From Candidatus Latescibacterota bacterium (lineage in GTDB: Bacteria > Latescibacterota > UBA2968 > GCA-2709665): 48,963 bases of DNA. The stretch's first letter is position 1; each line of letters begins with the position of its first letter. The DNA lies in assembly GCA_963662665.2 (NCBI GenBank), contig CAXXJS010000001.1, positions 1-48,963 of the forward strand, written 5' to 3'. Below, piece by piece: positions 40,345-47,865 of this stretch. The notes under the pieces were generated by a model. That model saw only the letters and a list, made by a program, of their open reading frames with translations. It had not been told where the DNA came from and did not search any database. A program made the position numbers and the translations under genes.

Positions 40345-40373
40345 AATATAGGACAGGCAGAAAGGTGGGTCAA
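40345..40373 (-). promoter_or_regulatory. Sigma70 promoter for the 61-aa gene
   Basis: Minus strand TTGACC-17-TATATT, with T-tracts upstream (UP-like). Confidence 0.75.
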
Positions 40374-40406
40374 GAGAAAAGGCGAAAAAACACGGGAATA
40401 CCCCCG

Positions 40407-41354
40407 TCACGGCGGCGATTGGCTCCGCGACCGGGCATTCAGCAGCGCGAGAATCTGCGATTCTCGCGGCAGTGCCGCCTGTGCGCCGATTTCTGTTACC
40501 GCAAGGGCGCCCGCACAGTTGGCAAACGCGACCGCGCGTGCAAGGGATCGCGCCGCGCCAAGTGCGGCAGCGAGAGCGCCGTTGAAGGCGTCTCCGGCGC
40601 CCGTGGTGTCGCGCGTGTCGACCCTGGGCGCCGGAAGCAGAACGGTCTCGCGATCCGTCGCCAGAAACGCGCCGCGTGCGCCAAGTGTTATAATGACGTT
40701 GTTTACCCCGCGGCCCATCAGGTTTTCCGCAGCCAGGCGTGCCGCTTTCTCGGTATCCGGGCGGATGCCCGTTAGAACCTCGGTTTCCGATTCGTTCGGC
40801 GTCAGGAGAAAAAGACCGGATAGGAGTTCCGCCGGCAGGTCCCGCGCGGGGGCGGGGTTGAGGATAACCGGAACGCTGTGTTCCCTGGCCAGACCCGCGG
40901 CGTGGATAACCGTTGGCAAGGGCGTTTCAAGTTGAAGCAGGCAAGTTGAAACGCGTTCGAACAGAGAACCTGCGGTGTCGATCTGAACGGGCGAAAGTGC
41001 GGCATTGGCGCCTGGAACCACGGCAATGGCGTTTTCACCCTTGCAGTTCACCAGGATCGAGGCGATCCCCGAAGGCAGTAGAGGATCTTTCAGCACGCAG
41101 GTGGTGTCGATACCCTCCGCCTCGAGGCAGCGCAGGGCCTGTTCACCGAATGCGTCGCTGCCTACTCTTGCGACGAAGGACACACGTGCCCCTGAACGCG
41201 CCGCCGCCACCGCCTGATTGGCGCCCTTGCCGCCCGGCAACGTGAGAAATGTATCTGCCATAACAGTTTGGCCGGGTCTCGGCAGGCTCGCAGATTGAAC
41301 GATCAGATCCGTATTGGAACTGCCAATGACCAGAACGTGCGTGCGTGACGCCAT
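40407..41354 (-). CDS. rbsK: Ribokinase (PfkB family)
   Basis: VIGSSNTD, PGGKGANQAVAAAR, NPAPA, TPNESE, DTTGAGDAFNG. Confidence 0.93.
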   Translation of the reverse strand: MASRTHVLVIGSSNTDLIVQSASLPRPGQTVMADTFLTLPGGKGANQAVAAARSGARVSFVARVGSDAFGEQALRCLEAEGIDTTCVLKDPLLPSGIASILVNCKGENAIAVVPGANAALSPVQIDTAGSLFERVSTCLLQLETPLPTVIHAAGLAREHSVPVILNPAPARDLPAELLSGLFLLTPNESETEVLTGIRPDTEKAARLAAENLMGRGVNNVIITLGARGAFLATDRETVLLPAPRVDTRDTTGAGDAFNGALAAALGAARSLARAVAFANCAGALAVTEIGAQAALPRESQILALLNARSRSQSPP

Positions 41355-41481
41355 GGTGGTTTCCGGTAAGGTTGGTGATCCGCGAATTCGTACAGTGTCA
41401 GCGGTCCGGCCACCACGGAAGTTCCGCGGATGTCGACCGGTCGCGTACTGAAAACTCTGAAACAATTGCAGTTGTGACTGT

Positions 41482-41511
41482 AAGTTAACAAGAATCTCGT
41501 TCACCCGTCAA
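41482..41511 (-). promoter_or_regulatory. Putative promoter for rbsK
   Basis: Minus strand TTGACG-18-TAACTT with TG extension. Confidence 0.55.
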
Positions 41512-41571
41512 GACGAACCGGTGCGAATCCCTCCGGAAGTGTCCACAGAATGCGGACGTTATTGTATTTCC

Positions 41572-41600
41572 TTGACTTGCCTGTGGGGTTTGCTTAAGTT
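41572..41600 (+). promoter_or_regulatory. Putative promoter for the long leader / bamD unit
   Basis: TTGACT-17-TAAGTT. Confidence 0.65.
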
Positions 41601-41906
41601 TTTTGATCTATTATTCTGTGCCGGAAATAGTTCGCTTGAATTCGACCGTCGAGCGAGGGCAACGTAGGCAGGCCGGATGAATGGTGACAATTTCCGGGAC
41701 GGACTGCCAGGGGCGAAACAAAAAGGGAAACCGATGAATTCCACCTGCGCGAACTGGCGTTTCAGCAGGGTTCCCAACTCGTTTTGTTCGGAACAAACCG
41801 TGCGTCTCCAGAGTCAAAGGTAAAGGCGTCGGTTGTGCAGGCTGAATCCAGGAAACGCGCTGCTCACAGAAATCCGGTTCTTAGTATGGTCGATTGTGCC
41901 GACCGT

Positions 41907-41945
41907 TCGGGGTTGGAAAAAACAGGACCCCGATTTTCTGTTTTT
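41907..41945 (+). terminator. Intrinsic terminator-like hairpin just upstream of bamD
   Basis: TCGGGGTT / GACCCCGA stem followed by TTTTCTGTTTTT. Confidence 0.55.
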
Positions 41946-41961
41946 ACGGGGTAAGAAGGAT

Positions 41962-42783
41962 ATGTTGAAGCGGAGTGTTTTTGTTCTTTGTTCATTGTGC
42001 TTGGTGGCATTCGGGGGATGTGCGCAAAACAGATATCGCCACCCCAGTGCCGACGTTTATCTGGAAAAAGCGAACGAAGAACTGGAAAAGAAGAACTGCT
42101 GGGAGGCTCAGAAGTTGCTTCGCAATTTACTAACGGATTTCCCGGGGTCCCATCTGGTGGATCGGGCCCAATATAAACTGGGTTTTGCGCATTTGTGCGA
42201 TAAAGACTACGTGACGGCCGTGTTTGAATTCGAACGCCTGCTGAATGAATTTCCAACCAGCCCTTTTGTTGACCAGGCGCGGTATCAGATCGGGGTGTGC
42301 TATTATCGGCAGTCCCGCGGAATCCACCATGATCAGGACGAAACTTATAAGGCCATCAGGGAGTTTGAACGGTTTATCGAGGATTTCCCCGATAGCGATC
42401 TCGTCCCGAGCACGCGTGACAGGATCCTGGAGCTGCGGACCAAATTGGCGCGCAAAAAACTTATGGTCGCCCAGAACTACATCCAGTGGGATATGTATGA
42501 ATCCGCCGGTCGTTATTGCGAGATTGTCCTGAAGGAATTCGACGATACCGCGCTTGCGTCCAGAGCCCGGTTTCTACTCGCCCGGACCAAACATCGCCTG
42601 GGTGCATTGGACGAAGCGTTCGAGATGTTAAGGCTCCTGGCCGCGGATGGCGTTCAGGATGAACTTAAACAGGACATCGCGGAAGAGATGCGCCAGATCG
42701 AGAAAACCAGGGCCGTTCAGAAAACAGAACACGGGAAACCGGCGGAAAAGCCAAACGGCTCCAGTGCTGCTAATACCAAGTGA
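41962..42783 (+). CDS. bamD: Outer membrane protein assembly lipoprotein BamD
   Basis: Lipobox FGGC; TPR repeats; DQDETYKAIREFERFIEDFPDS; SD AAGGA. Confidence 0.9.
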   Translation: MLKRSVFVLCSLCLVAFGGCAQNRYRHPSADVYLEKANEELEKKNCWEAQKLLRNLLTDFPGSHLVDRAQYKLGFAHLCDKDYVTAVFEFERLLNEFPTSPFVDQARYQIGVCYYRQSRGIHHDQDETYKAIREFERFIEDFPDSDLVPSTRDRILELRTKLARKKLMVAQNYIQWDMYESAGRYCEIVLKEFDDTALASRARFLLARTKHRLGALDEAFEMLRLLAADGVQDELKQDIAEEMRQIEKTRAVQKTEHGKPAEKPNGSSAANTK

Positions 42784-42789
42784 GGCGGC

Positions 42790-43377
42790 ATGGGCGGCAG
42801 GATCGGCATTCTCGGCGGAACGTTCGATCCGATTCACCTTGGCCATCTGATAATCGCACAGGAGGCGCTGGCGCATTGTTGTCTGGACCGGGTCCTTTTC
42901 GTGCCCTCGGCCGACCCTCCCCACAAGAGGGTTGGCGACGTGGCGCCGGCCGAAGCGCGCGCCGGCATGGTTGCGCTTGCCGTCGACGGACAGCCCCGGT
43001 TTGAACTGTGCCGGATCGAACTGGAACGAACCGGAAAGTCCTATACTGTCGAGACCTTGAGACAGCTCCGGAGAAACCTGGGGTCCGGGATCGAATTCTA
43101 TCTGATTATAGGCGCCGACAACGCATTGGAAATGTCGACATGGTGCGATCCTCATGGCGTTCTGGACCTTGCCCACGTGCTGGTGATGGGCCGGCCCGGA
43201 TTTTGTACAGGCGACGTAGACAGGCGGATGGCCGCACGGATGCAGTTCCTGGATACGCCGCTTCTCGAGATTTCTTCCACACAGATCCGGGCGCGATTTC
43301 GTTCGGGTCGGCCCATTCGATACTGGGTGCCGGACACCGTCGCGCAATACATCGAAACCCACCGCCTCTACCAATAG
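42790..43377 (+). CDS. nadD: Nicotinate-nucleotide adenylyltransferase
   Basis: GGTFDPIHLGH, PPHK, SYTVETL, IIGAD, ISSTQIR. Confidence 0.97.
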   Translation: MGGRIGILGGTFDPIHLGHLIIAQEALAHCCLDRVLFVPSADPPHKRVGDVAPAEARAGMVALAVDGQPRFELCRIELERTGKSYTVETLRQLRRNLGSGIEFYLIIGADNALEMSTWCDPHGVLDLAHVLVMGRPGFCTGDVDRRMAARMQFLDTPLLEISSTQIRARFRSGRPIRYWVPDTVAQYIETHRLYQ

Positions 43378-43392
43378 GGAAGCGGGCGAAAG

Positions 43393-43659
43393 ATGGCGGC
43401 GTCATCGAACAGCCGTAGCCAGAGCAGGACGCAACTCGGCGGAAAACCCGAGGGACGAGTCCAGCGCTATTTCTGTGTGGACGATGAAAAATACCACGCA
43501 TTCGCGAGGGTTTCCAAAGACGCGACGGTATTGCGCCGAATGCCCAAGCGCATTCGAGTTCTGGGCAAGGACGTAGACGGATGGGTCGTGGAAGTGATGG
43601 TACCGGCGACGGACGGCGTGGTTCGGATGGACCCACTTGAAGCCGCGAACAAGATTTGA
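43393..43659 (+). CDS. Hypothetical protein, 88 aa
   Basis: ATG 15 nt after the nadD stop, co-oriented, plausible beta-rich composition; no family recognised. Confidence 0.55.
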   Translation: MAASSNSRSQSRTQLGGKPEGRVQRYFCVDDEKYHAFARVSKDATVLRRMPKRIRVLGKDVDGWVVEVMVPATDGVVRMDPLEAANKI

Positions 43660-43823
43660 GTCCGGCGCCATCGGCGCAGGTTGCGAAGATTGATTTTCGC
43701 ACCCGGCAATTTCCGGGTTCATTGGATCCGAGGATTCCTTGGCGTCCCGATTGGCGAAGTAAGCGGACGCTGCCGTCGTCAGACCGGCGGCGGCGATTTG
43801 ACGCCTCCGGGGAGGGGGATAGA

Positions 43824-44171
43824 ATGATACTGCCGAACGGCCTCGACAGGGGGGAAACGACCGACGTAACCATCTTTGGACGCCAGTACCCCGTCCAGAG
43901 CCGGGAGTCATCCGAGTACACCCGTCGGGTTGCCAACTTCGTCGATCGCCGAATGTCGGAGATTGCGTCACAGCAGAAACTGGCTGAACCCACAAAAATT
44001 GCTATTATCGCGGCATTGGATATCGCCGACAGGCTTTTAAAGTACCGGTCGGGACGTGAAGCGGCCGGTCGGCAGGCCGAGCGGGCAGCCGCTCGTTTAA
44101 CGATGTTACTTGACGACCAGGGCGGGGCAAAGAAGGGAGGAGAGGGTAATTCAATGCGGGGTGGGACGTGA
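43824..44171 (+). CDS. zapA: Cell division protein ZapA
   Basis: VTIFGRQYPV, VANFVDRRMSEI, KIAIIAALDIAD, C-terminal coiled coil; SD GGAGGGGG. Confidence 0.88.
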   Translation: MILPNGLDRGETTDVTIFGRQYPVQSRESSEYTRRVANFVDRRMSEIASQQKLAEPTKIAIIAALDIADRLLKYRSGREAAGRQAERAAARLTMLLDDQGGAKKGGEGNSMRGGT

Positions 44172-44873
44172 GGACCGCGGCGTTTCGGTGAATCTGTATC
44201 TGAAGATCGTATAAAGGATTTTCCAGCCCGCCTTGATCGTGCCGCTGATGGTTCCGGTAATCTTTGAAACGCCGATTCGACGACGATAGCTGACCGGAAC
44301 TTCCAGGAATCGAAAATCCATCCGCGCGGCTTTCACCTGCATTTCAACGGTCCAACCAAAGGTTTTGTCCTGCATATCGAGCTTCACGAGTGCCGGATAC
44401 GCAAGGGCGCGGAATGGCCCTAGATCGGTGAAGTTGGCGCCAAACAGCCGGCGGATGAGCCACGTGGCCAGCCAGTTGCCGAAACGGGCCTGTGGAAGTA
44501 GCGCGCCGGCCTCCCGTGTACCCAGAATGCGCGAGCCAATTACGATATCCGCGCGACCCTCAGCGATGGGCTCCACCAGAAGCGTCATTTCATTGGGATA
44601 GTCACTATAGTCGCCGTCAAGGAAAACGACTATGTCGGGTTTCTCCAGGGCGTCGATACCCGCCAGGCAAGCCCAGCCGTACCCCCTGCGACGTTCATGA
44701 ACAATTCGTGCCCCCATTTGCTTTGCCAGGTCGACCGTTCGGTCGGTGGAGCCGTTGTCCACGACAACCACGTCCGCGTCAAGACAGCCCGGAATATCGG
44801 ACAGTACGTTCTGAATGGCTTCCTGCTCGTTGAAGACCGGAATGACCACGGCGATTTTGGGGGCGGCAGGCAT
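44151..44873 (-). CDS. Glycosyltransferase family 2 (DPM/DPG synthase-like)
   Basis: VIPVFNE, VVDNGSTD, FLDGDYSD, TDLGPFRA, GWTVEMQ; alternative TTG start 44882. Confidence 0.93.
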   Translation of the reverse strand: MPAAPKIAVVIPVFNEQEAIQNVLSDIPGCLDADVVVVDNGSTDRTVDLAKQMGARIVHERRRGYGWACLAGIDALEKPDIVVFLDGDYSDYPNEMTLLVEPIAEGRADIVIGSRILGTREAGALLPQARFGNWLATWLIRRLFGANFTDLGPFRALAYPALVKLDMQDKTFGWTVEMQVKAARMDFRFLEVPVSYRRRIGVSKITGTISGTIKAGWKILYTIFRYRFTETPRSSRPTPH

Positions 44874-44887
44874 GGGGTGCAAGGCGT

Positions 44888-45088
44888 TTATTTACGTCCA
44901 GACTGCTTTCGTATTATCCGGGTCGTTCTCGAGCCGCTACGGGCCTTCAGGCGAGCGACCAGAATGAAGACGCAGAATACAACACCCAGGATAATGCTGC
45001 CCGCCACCTTGTTCGGATGATCCGCAAGCCACATCAGGCTAAGGGTGATCAGCAGGCAGATGCCCGCAATGATACCTTCTCTGGCCAT
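44888..45088 (-). CDS. Small two-TM membrane protein, 66 aa
   Basis: MAREGIIAGICLLITLSLMW..IILGVVFCVFILVA plus basic tail; SD GAGAGG; own promoter. Confidence 0.65.
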   Translation of the reverse strand: MAREGIIAGICLLITLSLMWLADHPNKVAGSIILGVVFCVFILVARLKARSGSRTTRIIRKQSGRK

Positions 45089-45137
45089 CGGATCCGCCTC
45101 TCTTTCAAATAGAGGGTCGCGGGAGGCTGTCTTCGGA

Positions 45138-45166
45138 AATCTAACGGACGACAACCGGGTTGTCAA
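45138..45166 (-). promoter_or_regulatory. Sigma70 promoter with overlapping palindrome
   Basis: Minus strand TTGACA-17-TAGATT; GACAACC-G-GGTTGTC at 45150-45164. Confidence 0.7.
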
Positions 45167-45309
45167 TTGATTCGGCCCGCGCAAGGCTGCACCAGGCCAG
45201 GTCGGGAGTCCCGGTTCGCGGCACCGGGATTGCAGACAACATTGGGCGGCGTTCGACACCGCCGTGCGAGCCTGCGCCGTGAAGGGTGCGGGTTTTTTCG
45301 CACGGCCTG

Positions 45310-46533
45310 TCATTCATGCGGCTTTTGACGCCGGGAACCGTCGGAGGCCGGACGTCGCGTGAGGGTTTCCGGCACCAGGATCGCAAAGGTGCCGGCGGCG
45401 AGCAGGCCGAATCCCGCGATTGCAAAGGTGGCGAAGGCAAGGCCGAGCAGATCGGCGGTACCCCCAATCACCAGGGGCGCGCCCATATGGCCCGTATCGC
45501 CAACCAGGCGCCAGGCACCGAGAAACTCACCGATGGAATCTTTGGGCGCAAGGTCTGCTCCGAGTGTCATCATGGAGCCGGAACCGATGCCGTTGCCCAT
45601 ACCCAGAAGCGCGGTGGCAAGCAGCAGTCCCCCAAAACTGTGGGTAAAGGGAATGGTCGCCATTGCGACTGCCTGGATCAGAAAGCAGGGTACCATGGCG
45701 AATTTTCTTCCGTACCGGTCCATAATATGGCCGGCGGGATAGAAGAGAGACATGTCCACCAGGGCAGAAATTGTGATGATCCACCCGATGGCATGAACGT
45801 CAAGGCCGATCACGTCGGCGGCATACAGAGGCACGACAACGTGGCGCCCGGCTCGAATGGTCTGGGCAAAGAGTTGCCCGGACCCCGCGGTAGCAAGTTC
45901 CCGAAAATGCGATTTGAAAATCGCCAGCAGTCGTTTGATTTGGCCGGCCCCGACGGATGGTGCCGCACGCGCGGTCTCGGTCCCGAATTTCAGCGTGGCA
46001 ACAAAAACGACCAGTGTGGCCAGGGCCCCAAAGACTAGGAACGGGGCTTCCAGTCCGTAGTGCGTGCCGAGAGCGCCGCCAGCGGCCGGACCTGCAAAGC
46101 TTCCAATCCGGTGAATGCCGCCGAAGATCGAGAGCGCCCTTCCTCGATGAAAAACGGCGGTTGCGTCAGTCAGATAGGCGTGACAGGCGATGTTCCAGAC
46201 CGAACCGCCAACGCCGGCGGCGAGACGGTAGAACATGACCTCGTAGATGTCTTGTGCCCAGAACAGCATGAGAGTGGAAACGGCGACGCAGCTCACGCCG
46301 AGAACCATAGCGGTCTTCCGCCTGACCCTGCCGAGCAGGATGCCGGCCGGCAAAGCGCCGATCAGCCTGCCGACGCCTTCGGCGGCAAGCACGACGCCCA
46401 CAATTCCATACGACGCGCTGAAGGTCTTTGCGTAAAGCGGAAGGATGGGGATAAGCATCCCGCTGCCGAACATCAGTATCAGCGACGGAATGTAGACGGG
46501 AAGGACGAGTGAATTGCGGGTGGATCCGGTCAT
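45310..46533 (-). CDS. MFS transporter
   Basis: 407 aa, about 12 hydrophobic segments, motif A-like GHIMDRYGRK, HRGRALS. Confidence 0.93.
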   Translation of the reverse strand: MTGSTRNSLVLPVYIPSLILMFGSGMLIPILPLYAKTFSASYGIVGVVLAAEGVGRLIGALPAGILLGRVRRKTAMVLGVSCVAVSTLMLFWAQDIYEVMFYRLAAGVGGSVWNIACHAYLTDATAVFHRGRALSIFGGIHRIGSFAGPAAGGALGTHYGLEAPFLVFGALATLVVFVATLKFGTETARAAPSVGAGQIKRLLAIFKSHFRELATAGSGQLFAQTIRAGRHVVVPLYAADVIGLDVHAIGWIITISALVDMSLFYPAGHIMDRYGRKFAMVPCFLIQAVAMATIPFTHSFGGLLLATALLGMGNGIGSGSMMTLGADLAPKDSIGEFLGAWRLVGDTGHMGAPLVIGGTADLLGLAFATFAIAGFGLLAAGTFAILVPETLTRRPASDGSRRQKPHE

Positions 46534-46571
46534 GGGGTCTGCCAGCGTCAGGACGGTTGGTGAAGAAGGGT

Positions 46572-46600
46572 ATGGTAAACAGCGGATACGGTTTTGTCAA
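46572..46600 (-). promoter_or_regulatory. Sigma70 promoter for the MFS gene
   Basis: Minus strand TTGACA-17-TACCAT. Confidence 0.7.
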
Positions 46601-46871
46601 GGCATGCGGATCTGACCTGAGCGTCGGGAGGCCAGTCGAAACGGGGCTGGCGCCGCGTATGGGTACCATTCGTCAATGCAGAATTCATCGGTCCGTGTTT
46701 CCGTCCCGGTGAGGGGATAGTCGATCTGATAGGGTCGCGATGCATGCCGGAGTTCAAGCCGGCTTCGGCAGAACCTTGAATCGAAGGACGGCAGGCGATA
46801 CTACGAGGCGGGGTTTGATTCTCGGCAGGTGGTTTCAGGGCTGCGTTCATATCGGAAAGGCAGGTTGCCCC

Positions 46872-47834
46872 ATGAAGATTGTTCTGTGTCCGCCGGTGAG
46901 CGCGAAGTTGTGCGAACAGGTACGTCGGACCGCGCCAGGGTCCGAAGTGGTGATGGCGGCAATGGACGAAGCGCACGAAGTGGTTGGAGATGCGGACGTG
47001 ATATTCGGAATGTATAACGAGGAAATCATCGGCGCAGCCAGGCGGGTCAAGTGGATTCAGACCACCAGCGCGGGAATGGATATGCTGCTGGACATTCCGG
47101 GCGTTCGGGAGGGTCAATTCAGGCTGTGCAACGCCAGCGGGCTGCATGCATTGCAAGTTGCCGAACACGCATGGGCACTGACGTCGGCACTGTTCCGCGG
47201 CCTGCAGGTGTCCGTAAGGAATCAAATTGAACACAAATGGAAGGGTACGCCGATCCTGGATCTTTACGGGGCCACCGCGGGAATTGTCGGGTTCGGAGGA
47301 ATCGGAAGACGGTATGCCTTACTGGCGCGGGGATTCGATATGCGAATCCTTGCCGTGGACGTCCAGCAGACCGACAGGCCGGATCACGTCGAGTCGCTGT
47401 GGGGAACCGATCGGCTGGACGACTTGCTGGGTGCATCCGACGTCGTGTTTATTGCCTGTCCGTATACGCCGCATACAGAGAGGCTGATCGGTGCAGGTGC
47501 GTTCCGTCTGATGAAGAATTCCGCCTTCCTGGTCAATACCGCCCGGGGCCCGATTGTGGACGAAGCGGCGTTGGTGGATGCACTCAGGTCCGGTGAAATC
47601 GCCGGTGCCGGGTTGGACGTATTCGAGACGGAGCCTCTGCCGGAGACCAGCCCGCTCTGGGAAGTGGAAAACGTTATCATCACCACTCATTCGGCTGGCG
47701 CATCGAACTTCCGACCGCAACGAACGGTTGACTTTTTCTGTGAGAATCTGAGACGATTCATGGCCGGGGCGCCTCTGTTGAACGAGACGGATCGGAGTGT
47801 CGGCTACCCCACGCTGGACAGGCGCGTTGAGTGA
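46872..47834 (+). CDS. D-isomer-specific 2-hydroxyacid dehydrogenase
   Basis: GFGGIG Rossmann motif, VNTARG, GAGLDVFETEPL, catalytic H in TTHSAG. Confidence 0.95.
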   Translation: MKIVLCPPVSAKLCEQVRRTAPGSEVVMAAMDEAHEVVGDADVIFGMYNEEIIGAARRVKWIQTTSAGMDMLLDIPGVREGQFRLCNASGLHALQVAEHAWALTSALFRGLQVSVRNQIEHKWKGTPILDLYGATAGIVGFGGIGRRYALLARGFDMRILAVDVQQTDRPDHVESLWGTDRLDDLLGASDVVFIACPYTPHTERLIGAGAFRLMKNSAFLVNTARGPIVDEAALVDALRSGEIAGAGLDVFETEPLPETSPLWEVENVIITTHSAGASNFRPQRTVDFFCENLRRFMAGAPLLNETDRSVGYPTLDRRVE

Positions 47835-47865
47835 CCAGCACAAGGAAATTTCGGAGAAATCGACA

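Noticed and set aside
41626-41680. TTCGAC-21 nt-GCAGGCCG spacing recalls the 5' part of tmRNA
   Set aside because: No GGGG acceptor-stem start, no T-loop/CCA 3' end and no tag ORF ending in ALAA-like residues.
41860-41885. ACAGAAATCCGGTTCTTA resembles the RNase P RNA 3' motif
   Set aside because: The GAGGAAAGTCC 5' motif is absent and the 3' match is imperfect.
44172-44200. 6S RNA expected downstream of zapA
   Set aside because: zapA overlaps the convergent GT2 gene, leaving no room.
45097-45115. Hairpin with a TTTCAAA loop, like a tRNA-Sec anticodon arm
   Set aside because: No acceptor, D or T arms fit, and it abuts a coding region; it is more simply the SD-covering hairpin of the minus-strand gene.
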